Assembly (NCBI RefSeq): GCF_030144855.1
Contig: NC_082709.1
Location: 48,794,001-48,858,000 of the forward strand
DNA: 64,000 nt
Direction: 5' to 3'
Source of the DNA: Hypanus sabinus
Lineage: Eukaryota
In this document: piece by piece, positions 45,861 through 59,700 of the stretch
Numbering within the stretch: position 1 is the first letter of the stretch
Layout of the letters: each line of letters begins with the position of its first letter
The notes under the pieces: model-generated
What the model saw: the letters and a program-made list of their open reading frames with translations, nothing else
What the model was told of the DNA's origin: nothing
Database searches by the model: none
Program-made: the position numbers and the translations under genes

Positions 45861-48800
45861 AATCAGCCTTTTTCATTCTATGCTAGCGATCATTCCAGAG
45901 TTTCAAAAAGTTGCAGCCCGAGATATGTCCTGAGTTTTACCAAAATTTACACGTCAGGGACAATTTGCAATTTACCAATCTGCACAGTTTTGTGATGTGT
46001 GAGGAAATGAAGGCAGCCAGAGGAAACCGATGAGAGAGGAGAGAGGAGGTGCAAACACCTGAGCTTTTGAATCGGGCTCTCTGCAGGGACCGGGAGATTG
46101 TGTCTGTCATAGAGATGTTTCAACAAAATTTCTTTTAGTATCCAGCTGCAGATTCTGGGGCCGTACAGTAGCATAGGTGTTAGTGTAATGCAATACAGCA
46201 CCAGTGATTCAGGTTCAATACCCACACTGTTTTAACAAACTTGTATATTCTCCTCATTATCGTGGTTTCCTCCTGGTTCTCTGGGTTCCTCCCACATTCC
46301 AAAGACCTACAGGTGAGTACGTTGTGGGCATGCTATGCTGGCACTGGAAGCATGATAACGTTTGCAGACAGACCACAGCACATCCTCGGACTGTGTTGGT
46401 TGCTGTCGCAAATGATGCATTTCACTGTACACTTCGATGATTGAATAACTTTTTAAAAATGTATTCTTTTCTCATGACTTAGTGTTATTGGCAAGGCCAG
46501 CATTTAATACCCTTCCCTGACTACCCTAGAGAAAATGGAGGTGAACAGTTTTCCAAATCCCTGCAATCTAGTGACGTTCTCCAACAAAGCTGTTGGCAGG
46601 GAGTTTCAGGATTTAAACCCAGTGGCGATGAAGGACAAGTGATAGGTTTCCAAATCAGTGAGCTAAGAGATGTAGAGGGGAAGCTACAGATGGAAATGTT
46701 CCCCTGTCCTTTGGGAAATATTATCAGAGCAGCCTGGGCAAGTACCTGCAGTGTGTTTTTGTCGATGATACACACTGTAACCACTATGTATCAAAGCTTT
46801 GAATGAACATTTCAGAAGATTGCTAATCTGCCAACCAAGAAAAATGCTTTGATAGAGTTAAACTTATTGAGAGATGTTGGAACTCCAGCCATCCAGCCAA
46901 GCAGAGAATATCATGATGTGCCTTGGGAATGTGACTCCTTCTGTGCCTCGTCATGCTCCTCGTTCTCCACAACATGCTGCAGAACTGCCTTCCTGGACAT
47001 TTGATCGCTCAATTAATTTCATATGTCCTGTCTGCTGGAGCAGACTGTGCATGCTTGGACAGGTATGATTTTAATCTGATGGGGTATGAGGCCCACCGGC
47101 TGCCCTCACCTGGTTTAGTCTGCCCGTCGAAGCGATGTACTGAGGTGTATAGAACATGCAGACATCTACCTGGTGCCACAGGTGAGTGCTGAGAGCTGAA
47201 TGGAGACCTAAGGTGAGAGAACTGCCTCAGAATGGACACAGCAAGCCTCTTCACCAGAGGCACTACCCTCTGACGACACAACATACACCCTAACAATAGA
47301 AATTAGTTAAATATAACATTTTTTCAGTCATAGCTCTGAGCATGTACTTCAATACACTGATTTGGAATGCAGAGGAAAGCTTTGGAAATGATCAACAATA
47401 TTGTCATAAGGGGAGCAAAGAATTTCAGCCAAACAACAAAAGAGTACAAATTTTTGTAGACTCTTGGGCAGCACTTTATAGATTTGTTTATTCTTGGACA
47501 TTGGTGAATCAAAATATGAATGTATTTCATATGCTGTGATGGAAGCTTTATTACTACACCGCTGCCAGTCAACTTTGCCAACCTCTACTCCTACTTTGCC
47601 TCCATATCATCTAAACCTTCAATCATGTCTTGCCCCGAGAATGCAGTGTTATTTCTTTTTTGAGTTTTCTGTTGAAACTTTTTATGATTCTCTTTTGAAA
47701 CTGACGGGTAATCCATTTCAAGCCTCAGTTTCAAACAGTGCATTCTCGATGATCACAACTCACAGCATGGACAAAATCCTCATTCACTCCCGTGTGATTT
47801 TTACTGTCGACCAGGCGCTGCTTTGTTTCCAGCTCTTCACAGGGGATGTGCAACCACAGAGTGAACCATTGCATTTGAGGATCCAAGGTATTCGGTCAGG
47901 TCTCAGCTTACAGCTCTTTCCCATCAGCTGGTAAAACAGAATGAGAACTCAAGTGGTTTGTCTGTCATTTAGTTTATTCAGTTTGACTATTTACTGTATC
48001 TCTATATTTCTGCAGTGAGCTGGACACCAGAGTGTTGGAAATTTGCTTTTCAAACAAGCTGAAGAGGTTCAGGGGAATTACAGTATAAGTTCTGTTACAG
48101 ATTCAGAACAAGTTTAAAGTTTTGGAGAGTTTAGTACTTCAGCTGGGAAATTCAATATATCACCGGACATTTCAAACGCACAATTTGCTCAGAAATTTGC
48201 AACTGTGCCTGGGGCAAATTACTATGAATGATCATTTCCAAGTGAAATGTACTCATTGGAAAAATGACTCCAACAATTCTGTACACTATTCACCTTAGCT
48301 TGACAGATCGTTTCCAGACATCATTCACATACTTCTCACTGCAGTGTTATATCCCCTTAAATCAGGTCTTTAGGGTGCAGCATGCAACCTCTGTTGAAAT
48401 TTCACAATAAGACTAGGAGCACCTTGTTCTGTAAAGCTGATGGGACCAATTGAAGGATTTCTGTGCTGACATTGAATCCTGGAATATGAATCTTTGACTA
48501 TAAAACAATGATGTAGTGAGTTGGAGATTGTCTGTCCACACATGTCCAGGAGACAGCAGCAAATCTGTGCTGATCTTCACTTTCAAAGTTCAGTTCTGTG
48601 GAATTTATTAGAATTTTGCTTTGGAAATGGCCATTGCACATAACGGCTATGATTGTGGAGTAACATAATTGGGAGGAATGTACATAATTGAAAACCACCG
48701 ACATTGAGCTGGGTTTTCAGTTTAAGAGGCTGGTCTGAGGAGATCATATTGTTACGTAAGGATTTTTAGTGCACTTTTGTGTTTAGGTTTTGGAGTTCAG

Positions 48801-50462
48801 TAAAATGCGTTACCGGTTTCATTAAATATAGAACACCTCACTACATTTTATTTGTGGAAACCTACATTAGTGACCCCAATGCTCTAAGACAATTCCAGAG
48901 TTATTGAACATGTTGGCCATCAAATTTGCTTTGAAATTGTCAAAGTTTTTGGAGCAAACTGCTGTCACTTGGTTTGTACAAGCAGAGGCCTAATTCATTC
49001 TGTGAGAAATTACTGCCAGTGACACCAAATTCTACGATGTGGTAGCATCACTCAGCAATTCCACGACTGGGAGAGTTGTGAGTCTGCTTGAACCCCCACC
49101 TGTACACCATAAATACCAATCGCTGAAAACTCAACTTTTACAGACTTTTGGACTATCAGAGTCCGAGCACACCAAACAATTGCTCTCCCTACCCAGTCTC
49201 AGCATCGTTAGACCTTCCGGGCTAATGGATCATGTCCTGTCTCTCCTGCGAAATCACCATCTTTATACTATGTTTAAAGAACTCTTCCTGCAGCATATTT
49301 CTGTCCAAGTTCTCATAGCCCCTGCTGATGCACCCATGAAGGATTACAGGGAACTTTTTAAAATGGCTGATAATCTCCAGTCACCTAGGCAGTGGTGCAT
49401 CATTCCTCCACCTTTCCCTACCTCAATAAGCCTGGTCAGCAAGGCCCCCAACACCAGGAAATAGACTACACCGTGTCTGTGCTTTTACCACACTTGCTTT
49501 GGAACGAATGCGAGGAATTGCCAATCGCCTTGCACTCCAACAGTGCCAGCACATCGGGATATCAGAAATCTGTGAACACCATGGGTTCCAATTGCTAGGG
49601 GCATCGACTGTTCATTACAAACACCATTTCAGGGTGACCCTTCTGATGTGATACAGCTACTCAATGGCATGGCCTATTGGTGAGAAGACAAAGAATGATG
49701 AAACCTCACTGGAGGCCGCCAACGGCAGCAGGATCCATTCTCACAGGACACGATGGGTGACGCTATGCTTCAATGGGTGACGTTAACCATAGGACTTCAT
49801 CCTGACTAAAGAGGCTCGACCTCTGCTCGGTGCAGATTTCCTGTGTACCCAAGGACTATTAGTCAATCGTAAGAACTGCCGGCTTGTGGATGTCAAGGGC
49901 CTTAGGTAGTTACCCAGCTCCCACAGTAAGTTCCCCACAATGCTTCTGCCAAGTGCATGCACCACCACATATAAGTTTGCACGATGTTGGGTGAATTCCC
50001 AAACCTCACCAAGCCTACATTCTCCACTACAGTCAAAAAACATGGTGTCAAACACCATATTCCCTCAACTGGTCCCAACAGTCCAAGCCTCCACGTGTAG
50101 ATTGAACCCAGAAAAGCTGGCAACCGTGATGGCTGTGTTTGCCAATATGGAGAAACTCAGCATTGTATGCTGTTCAAGTAGCCCCTGGGCTTCACCTTCC
50201 ATCTGATCCCTAAATTTGATAGTGGTTGCCCCCTCAAGTGGAGATTACCAATGCTTGAACAAGGCCACTACCACCAATTGTTACAAAGTGCCACACATCC
50301 AAGATCTTTCAGCACATTTAGCCGAAAAGTTAATTTTTCCCAAAGTCGATCTAGTTACTCAGTGGACATTCCCAAAACAGCTGTGATAGCCCTGTTTGGA
50401 CTCTTTGTGTTTCTGCACGTGAAGTTTGGACTGAAAAATGCAGCAGAGACTTTCCAACGGCT

Positions 50463-50622
50463 TACGAAAAAGCTGGTTGAACTCAGCAGGTCCAGCAGCA
50501 TCCATTGAAAGAAGCAGTCAACGTTTTGGGTCGAGACCCTTCGTCAGGACTCAGTCAGTCTGAGTTCATCCAGCTTTTTTGTATATCTTGATTTGACCAC
50601 AGCATCTGCAGTGTACTTTGTG
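50463..50622 (-). mobile_element. 160-bp hairpin element with hammerhead-like core, inserted in the CsRN1 RT
   Basis: 12-bp TSD TTTCCAACGGCT / TTTCCAACAGCT (50451-50462 / 50623-50634). Removing the insert restores FQRLMD. 24-bp inverted arms at 50463-50486 / 50560-50583. Confidence 0.8.
50516..50551 (-). ncRNA. Decayed minimal type I hammerhead ribozyme motif
   Basis: Minus strand AGTC-CTGACGA-A-GGGT CTCG ACCC-AAAA-CG-TT-GACT: stem I AGTC/GACT, CUGANGA core, stem II, and the GAAA box mutated to AAAA. Confidence 0.55.
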
Positions 50623-53243
50623 TTTCCAACAGCTGATGGACTCCATATTTAAAGGCTGAGATTTTCTTTTTCTTTACCTGTCCCCAGTGCATCCCAATCT
50701 GAACCTCCGCACACTTTTCCAGCGCTTAAGCCAACACAGATTGATTATTAAGCCTGCTAAATGCCAGGTTGAGTTGTCAACCACTGACTTCCTTGGCCAT
50801 CGCATCTCCAGAGAGGGTAGGAAATCCCTCCCATGTAAAGTACCCACTGCTTTAGATTTTCTGCACTACATTATGCTCCCCCTGTATAGTGCACTTCAAG
50901 GCAATACCCCAAATCAAGTGCTTAACTCATCAGCAGACATAACCAGGGCATTTGGTGTTACCACATGTGCACTTTCTAATGCGACCCTAATGCGCATCCG
51001 GTTCCCTGCATATCCATAGCCATTGCTACTGACGTCTCAGGCGGTGCTGTGGGTGCTGTGTGCGAACAGCTGGTGGGAGGAGAGTGTCAGATGCTCACCT
51101 CCTTCAGTCAGCAGCTCCACCCCCTGAAAGGAAGCACAGCGCGTTCGACCGTGATTTTCCCAGTCTCTATCTGGCTGTTCGCCATTTTCATTTTCTTCTG
51201 GAGGGTCACCATTTCACAGCATTCATTAACCACAAACATCTCTTGCACAAAATGGTCAAAATATCAGAGCCTTGGTCTGCATGGTAACTACACCACCTGC
51301 CCTACGTACGTGAGTTCACAACTGATATTCAACGTAACTAGGGGAAAAAAAATGCCAACGCTGATTGTCTCACATGGCCAGCCATTGAGGCCGTTCACAT
51401 AGGAGTTGCCTGTGCTGGCATGGCAATCCACCAGGTTACTGACCCAGAGGTCCCAGCTTACTGAACAGCACTGAAGGGCCTGCAGCTGGCTGACATTACG
51501 TTCAGGGAAGCTGGGGTTTCTCACCCGTGCGATGTCTCAACCGATCGCCCTCGCCCCATCATGCCCGCAAACTGGAGACGGACTGTTTTCAACTCCATAT
51601 GTGGCCTCGTCCATCCGGCCCGGAAGGCCTCACAGAAACTGGTTGCACCAAAGTTTGTTTGGCACGACCTCAGAAGGGACATGCATTATTGGACAGCAGC
51701 TTGTGTGGAGTCCCAATGGACGAAAATTAACCATCATGTTCAGATGCCATTCACATCTTTTGAGGTCATTGAGCGAGGGTTAGACCATGTCAATATTGAC
51801 CCTGTTAGTCCTCTTCCCCTGTCCCGCAGTTTCACTTACCTCTTTACCTTAATGGTCCGTACCACCAGGTGGCCAGAGGTCATCTCTCTAGTATTGATAA
51901 CTGCTGCAGACATGTCTCAGGCTTTCATCAGCATCTGGGTTGCTCGGTTTGGCATCACATCTGATATTTCTTCTGACCACGGCCCACAATTCATTTCAGG
52001 CCTCTGGACTGCCTAGAACCTCAGCTCTAGGTTACATCACACCGCAGCATATCACCCGCAATGGCCTATGCGAGCAGTTTCACCGTTCCTTAACAGCATC
52101 TCTGAGGGCTTCCAACTGATGAGTGTTGGCATGATCCTCTCCCATGGGTTCTGCTAAGGCTCAGAATTGCTCCAAAAGATAACTTGCAGTCAGCCACAGC
52201 TGAGTTGGTAACCAGGCAGCTGTTGCAAATGCCATGTGATTTCATTCCTGATGCCACAACAGCCTGGTTGGCCTCGCAACAACGTTCCACCCCCCTCAGT
52301 AAATTCAATTCCTTTTCACCTATTCCTACCTCCCATCATGGCATACAACTCTTTTGGGTTCCTGTAACCTACATTCCACCTTGTTTGTTTTTGTCCACCA
52401 TGACACACACCAACAACCCCTTAGACCCCCTTACAAAGGCAAATTCTACGTTTTGCACAGCGAGAAAAGACTTTTGTCATAGATAAGAGGGGTTAAACCT
52501 GAATGTATTTCAGTAGATCATCTTAAACCAGCCCACCAAGATTTGAAGTACTCTGCTGCCCCACCCCTAGCATCACAACATGACCATGAGTTTATCAATA
52601 ATCCTCTGGACAAGCCAGGGCACCTGCAGTTCCTCCACCTGTGGAATACAGGAACTGAGCTGGGCAGCTCGTCCGAGCTCCAGAAAGGCTCACAATGCCG
52701 ATTGTAGTGAATTCTGGGGTGGGGCCTGTGTAGGGTGATGTAATTGGGAGGAATGTACATGATTCACAACCATCAACATTGAGTTAGGGTCTCGCTTTAA
52801 GAAGCAGGTCTGACGTGATGATATTGTTACGTAAGGATTTGTAGCACACTTTCGTGTTTAGGGTTTGGAGTTCAATAAAATGTATTATGTGTTTCAATAA
52901 ACATGAAACGCCTCACTTCATTTTATTTGTAAAAACCAACATTATCAGGAATGACTTTCTACTCGAGTGCATCTTATCTACTGACTCATAATTGTAAACA
53001 GGTTTAGAAATGTATTAGATTAAAGTTTATCTCTGTTTTCTTTTGAACAGTAGTTTCTAGGAATGCTTTATTCCAAATTATCTGCAAATATAAATTGTTA
53101 ACTCACTGTAATGAAACTTATACAGGATTGTATATGGGTTCAAGAAAATTCAAAGTACAGAATTGATAACTTACTAAAGTCCATTTTATCTGAGTCCACC
53201 AAACCTTACTCTGGAGGACAATATTATGCTTTGCAGTAGCTGC

Positions 53244-54372
53244 CTAGAAGTCCCTCAAGTGTCTGAGGGACCCAGTTGAAAGACCCAGGCACTGTATTTC
53301 CTGGGCTTCCTAGATCTCAGTTAGTACTGTTGGCCTCTGTAGTTGGGATGTTCATAGAAGATCCAGTAACCTGACAGGAGTGGATGTCATGGTAATGGAA
53401 ACGATCGTAGACAGAGGGACAGTCGTCCATGAATTCCATCATCTTCCTTTCACCCCAAACTCTGCCCTGTTGACCATGGAGGATTTAAAATATGAAGGAA
53501 AACATCAAACTCGAATGTGTCAAGGACAGTGGAAACAGACAGATCCTCCTATGCATTTGTTCCTCCTATGTGGTCGGAGATGGAGGCCTCCACTGTGTGG
53601 TATTGTTTTAGATCCTCCATTTTGTAGGATAAAGTTGCTTTGCTTTCTGTGTTTTAAAGAAAACATAATGTTGCTTCAGGTAATCTGCTGGATTAGAGAT
53701 CATTTCCAAATAAGAATTAATTTGTGAACAGTTTTGATATAATATAACATGCAGGTTTCTGAATGCTGGGGTTGGTGCCTCCTTGGAGTGAGTCGAGCTG
53801 GTTACTGAAGAGAACAAAGAGCAATAAATTATTGATTGTCACTTGCTGGGAAGAGGGCAATAAATGGATGCGAGCCGAGAGCAGAGCCAATAAAAAGGTG
53901 TTAAATGTCAGACACTTGACCTACAGCCAATGACACTGAAATGCGATATTTGAATTAGACAATACACAATAGACAATAGGTGCGGGAGTAGGCCATTCGA
54001 CCCTTCGAGCCAGCACCGCCATTCAACGTGATCATGGCTGATCATCCACAATCAGTACCCCATTCCTGCCTTCTCCCCATATCCCTTGACTCCGCTATCT
54101 TTAAGAGCTCTATTGGTATGGAACGAATATAAAAGGGGGCTCTTCGAGTGTACTATCAAGAGATCTACCATTGCAGGAAGAACCCTCACACCAGGGACTG
54201 AAGGAAGAAAGGATTGATCATCTAGCCAACGGAGATCCCCTATTTCAGTGTTATAATTTAGAAAAGCGTCCATTAATTACAGTTTGTGTAGTGAGTTTGC
54301 TCTTCTAGTACCATGGATAAATAGTCAACAGCCCTCTGGTAAATTCTCATCTTTGTAGTTACCTCCTCAGTA
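53244..54372 (-). pseudogene. Orphan gamma-crystallin exon 3, third copy
   Basis: Same TAC TGA start and insertion, plus a private 10-bp deletion near 53370. Confidence 0.9.
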
Positions 54373-56787
54373 CTGAAATAAATTATTTTAATGCATTCTT
54401 AATATAATCATGTCAAAAATGCATATAATATACTGTGGATATTATATATACAGTAAGAAACAATGTGCTGACACTGGAGAGGGTTCAAAGGCTTGTCACG
54501 TGAGGAGGCTTGCATTGTCCTGGCTTGTACATGCTGGAATTTAGAAGAATGATAGTGTGAGGGACTTACTCTCTATAAATTCTTCCTCTCTACTGTAATA
54601 GCTAACTTGATTTTCTCTGTCTTTGTAGATGAGAATGGCCTATGGTTGCTGTATTTCCTGTGCCTTCATTGTTATTACTATTTACTGGTCTGGAACTGAC
54701 TCCGCCAATGTTTCTGTCCTTTGCTCTTTCTTTGCTTCTCCCAAGCTCATCCACTTTCTTCATTAAACAACAATTTGCTGAAGGAACCCAGAGGGGCAGA
54801 CAGCATCTGCAGAGGGATATGGAAATTTTGTTTCCACCAATTGCAGTTTTGTTGGCGGGTCATTACAGGCTTTGATTATTGTAGTATACAAAAAATTGTT
54901 TTCAGTCCACTTCTTTCTGTAGGATGCACCTTGGTTTAGCGAATGAGCTGACACCTCAGATTGCTTAGTATTTCATCTGGAGGTTACGTGCTAGCTCTGC
55001 CTTCACATTAATTCCTGACACAGTAATCAGGTCCCAGTCTAGCTGCCTAATGTACATTTAATACTGACATCAGCATTTCCTGTCCAACTCACAAGAGAAG
55101 TTCATAGAGGAAAGTGGTTGATTTAGCATTGACTGGCTGGGTGTTGGGGTTTTCCTGTGGAGGCAAAAGGGTGGTCAATGTTTTAGCTCCAGGCCTTGCA
55201 TCAGGAACAAGAATGTAAGAGAGAGATAGCCAATAAATAGAGGGGAAGTAGTGGGATGAGGCGGGGGCTGGCAGGCAACTGGTGTAACGAGGTGGGAAAA
55301 GGGATGACGGGTTTATGGAACCATGTATGGGGAAGGTCAGGGTGAAGGTTGCGAGAGAATGGCTGGAGGCTGATACGTATAAACAGACAAGGAGAGAGTG
55401 GGAAATACTGGATGGGGGTTCGAGGAGTGAGAGATAGAGGATGACATGATATGCGGAGATATAAAGGTTGCAGATGCTGGAAAATGAGGAGGAAGGAAGG
55501 TGAGAAGGGAGCGATGAAAGAGGGAAACCTCTGGACCTTCACTTTGGGATGTTTTCCTTTTTCCCCTACTCAATCTCTAGTTGGATGTCTACCCTCCTCA
55601 CAGTCTGGTTACTCACATCACTATTACTAGTGTTCTTACACTTTAACTTTCTGAATTCCTTTGAACACTCCCCATCACCACTCACACAAGAAATCCTTAG
55701 GACTTTCACTCATCATTTCACCTGGATCTACATACCTGCCATCCCTTTCTCCAGTCCATCTTATACTGGCTGCCTCCCCTCTAAGTTCAAGGTCATTTGC
55801 AAGATGGACAGCTGTCAATGTAAGCTTCCAAACTGCATGTATCCCTCACAAATCGTAATCCAAATTAAATTGCTTGGAATTGGAAGTGTCCATTCACATT
55901 GTCAGAATTTGTTTGTGAAGGAAACATTATTATGGAAAAGGGTTAACGATATTATTGTCGGCACCTTTGTCTTTAGGCTGTAATCATCTCAAAAATGGAT
56001 GGTACATGTCCAGTTTGCAACAGGCGGGAAGAGGCAGCGTAGCGGTGCAGGTAGTAGAACCACCGCCTCACAATGTCAGCAACCTAAAGTGATGTCTATA
56101 TAGGATTTCCACATTCTCACTGCAAGCCCATGTTTTCTTTCTAGGTGTCTGGTTTTGTTCTTGATCTGCAGAGAAAAGCCATCTGGTGGGTAAATCGACC
56201 ATTGTATGTTGTTCTTTGTGTAGGTGACTACAATTTGGGGAAATTATTAGAATATGTGGTGATGTGGTGAGTTGAGCTGTATGGTAGCTCAATCGGCCAG
56301 ATTATGTTGTCCCTTGTGTGTAGGTGACTATAATTTTGGGGAAATATGTGGATTATTTTAAAATGGGATCAATGAAGGATTAGTATAAGTGGGGAGTTAA
56401 TGTTCAGCCCTGACTCAATGGGCCAAAGGGCCTGTTTCCACGTTGTATCTCTCTATAAGAGCAGGAATCCACAGAGGTGTGACAATTTATCACTATCCTC
56501 TCAACAGGAGAAGATGACCTGATCAATAATGAATTACATATTCAGCATGCCTCTGGATAAAAATTATCTCCACAATGATAGCAACTAAAATGAGAAATAA
56601 TCCTGAGTTAAGGCCAATATGGGTCAAAGCCCCCACACAGGACTCAGGTACTAATGCTATTTTGTATGTTTCACACAATGTTATAGCAACATGAAAATAA
56701 ATGAATTACAATGACAATTATCATGCAAAGCTTATTTTATTTTCTGAAGTATGTTCTCAGAATAATATGCTAATTATTGAGAGTCAA

Positions 56788-59700
56788 TTAGAAGTCCCTC
56801 ATTCGCCTGAAGGACCCAACAGTTGAGCTGTAGCCTCCCCAGTCACTGTATCTCCTGTATTCCCCGGGTCTCAGGAAGTACTGTCGGCCTCTGTAGCTCG
56901 GATGTTCATAGAAGATCCAGTAACCATCCATCACCTGACAGGAGTGGATGTCACGGTAACAGAAACGATCGTAGAGAGAGGGACAATCGTCCATGAATTC
57001 CATCATCTGTCCTGCAAAGTCAGGCTTCTCATAAATCTTCATCCTGTAGGTGCCCCCTCGGTGCTGGAATAAAGGATTTTATGTGTCCTTAATGCAGTAT
57101 AGTCATGTCAAAATGCATAAAATTATCACAGACTTTATGTATACATGCAGTTATACCAACCCTCAGAATTATGAATAATTAATTATATTTCAAGACTATC
57201 CTTAATAAAATAATGCGGAGAAAATTTATCTCTGCATTGAAGGCAGTTAAAACTTAGACAATCATGATATAAGATTGAGGAAGTTCACTATTTCTACAGG
57301 AGGCAGCTAAGAACCATACAGTTTCATGAATATCAAAAAAAAATTTGTTTGTTGATCACATGAAAGACATTTAAGGATATTAAAGCATGCTCAATATAAT
57401 CACATGAAAGTATATATGACAGAAATAATGTCATAATTGTGTTTCTGAATTAGATGCATATCAATAAAATATAATACCTTGTTAAAGAACTTGTTCTGGG
57501 TTTCTGAAGACAGTATTAATAAAAAAAAACAAAATTTACAGAATTTAGTTCCACTAGAGATAACATGATTTTATTAATGTAAAACTTGTGTAATAGCATC
57601 ATGGGTAACTATGATAAATGTACATACAGTAGGTGCTGGTCTGTGTCTAAATAGGTTCAATTACTAATACAAAAAAAGAATGCAAATTGCTGTAAGGGTT
57701 TTCAGATTCCTCATTCCTCACTACCTCTCTGTCAGAGCTGTAAATTTAACTCTACACAGGGTGTGACTGTTGGAAACAATAACACAGCCATCCCTCATTT
57801 CAACCTGGGTATCAGCTAGAGCAGGGGTGGGCAAACTTTTTGACTTGAGGGCCACAAAGGGTTCTAAAATTTGACAGGGGGGCCGGACCAGGAGCAGATG
57901 GATGGAGTGTTTTGGTAATACACCTCATAAGAGAAAATAAAATATCATGGGATATGTAGAAAACATGTGCTTTAATTTCAATTGAAAATGAACAAATGCA
58001 TTACAACAAAATATCTGTCTTTGAAGTCCCATGGTATTTAGCTATTTATTGAAATGACTTTTAAAACACTGAAAATTAAATGAATAAAATACAGCTTTTT
58101 AATAGTAACAGTTATTAATTTAAAGCACTGAAAATTCTGTTATCCTTCAAGATATTATCATCATCACTCTCCTCCTGACTGTCTTTATTTCAAAAACGGT
58201 AGGAGATGCAGGTCTACTTGTCCTGCTCCTTCTTATTCAATTGTCCCCTGTGCCAAAACTCAACAACGACCCGCACAATGGCAAAGCAGGGAGAGCGCGC
58301 CGGTATGCGGAGCTCTGTGCTCGCAAATCCCCGCAGGCTATCTCCCTTAGCCGGAATGCTGGCTAATTGTGAGCTGGTTCGGATGTGCCAGGAAATGGGT
58401 CGCCACAAGGTCACAAAGTAAAGCGCAAACGTGGAGTAATACGCTGCACCTCAACAAAGGTCAATGTATATAGAGTGCGTCATCTATTGGGAAAACGCCA
58501 GAATTGTGGGGAGAAAACGTTAACAAGGTTTATTAATATAATTTCATCAGGTTCTGCAGGCCGGGTTAAAAAGCTTAACGGGCCGCATATGGCCCGCGGC
58601 CGTAGTTTGCCCATGCCTGAGCTAGAGCCTGACTTATTTTATTGGTTCTTATTACCTGACCAGATGATTTTGAAAAAAATTGCAACTTATGGGAGAGGGC
58701 AAATTACTTCAACATTGAGCGAACATGGATTCAACGGGCCAAACAGCCTCACTCCATGCTTTAACCTCACTGTGGTTCTCTGAAATCACACAATTAAAAT
58801 GGTAGGTTTTTGTAATCCAGCCCAGCAGCAGCCTGATCGGTGAATAAGGTGGATGTTTCATTTATAATGAAACACCACACAAATTCATGAAAAGAGGCCA
58901 TTCGTCCCATTGAAACCTTAATATTCAAACTTATTTCCTGTCCAATCCCTCTTATCTTTTATAAGGTGTTAAGAGGAATAAATAGAGTGCACAGTCAGAG
59001 AATTTTTCCCAAGCAGAAATGGCTAACAGGAGGGAACATAAATTTAAAGAAACTGGAGCAAAGTGTAGTGGAGATGCAAAAGATAATATTTTTACAGAGT
59101 TGTAAGTGTGTGGAACACTCTGCTGAGTGTGGTGATAGAGGCTGATATAAAGAAGCGACTTTTAGATGGGAATATGATTGAAAGAAAAATTGAGGGCTGT
59201 GGGAGAGGAAAGGGTTAGTTTGACATTCGAACAAGTTAAAAGACTGGCACAAAATCGTAGGCTGAAGGACCTCACTGTACAGTATACTTTCAAGTTCAAA
59301 GTTCCATGTTCCCTGTTTTTGGTGGGTTACAATACATCCATGCTGACCAAGGTGTCCATCTCCCATTTCCCAATGTTTGACTCCAATCCATTTTACAAAT
59401 TTTGTAAGTTTTGTTTTACTGAGGTCTGAGTCATCCTGTCCAGGTGCTACAACTGTATACATGACATTCTATAAAACTAGCACAAACTGACCAAATACTT
59501 TCTGTGGTCCAACTAGACTCTAATAAAGGAGACACAAGGGAGGGTTGTATCTGGAAGCTGGATCAGCACACAAGATGCTGGGGGGAGTCAGGCAGTATCT
59601 ACGGAGACAACATTTCAGTTTGAAGCTGTTTATCAGGACTGATAAACACTGCCTGACTGGCTGAGTTCCTCCAACATCTCATGTAGACATTGGTTCTGCA

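Larger units (their letters stand above)
28295..47100 (+). repeat. ~18.8-kb near-identical tandem segmental duplication, copy 2
   Basis: See copy 1. Differs mainly by lacking the 27742 solo LTR and by patchy SNPs. End approximate. Confidence 0.9.
48654..52941 (+). mobile_element. CsRN1-type Gypsy LTR retrotransposon, near full length, degenerate
   Basis: LTRs 48654-48866 and 52729-52941; TSD TGAT/TTAT; PBS TAGTGACCCC at 48868; PPT before the 3' LTR. Gag 49039-49464, RT PWASP / FGLKNAAETFQR, integrase HPARKAS...ACVESQ...ISSDHGPQF. Confidence 0.9.

Noticed and set aside
56205-56360. ~90-bp local duplication within the SINE downstream of gene D
   Set aside because: Ordinary slippage or deletion difference among decayed SINE copies.
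58206-58783. ORFs within the hAT element as a transposase
   Set aside because: The element is only 798 bp and shows no transposase motifs; it is non-autonomous.
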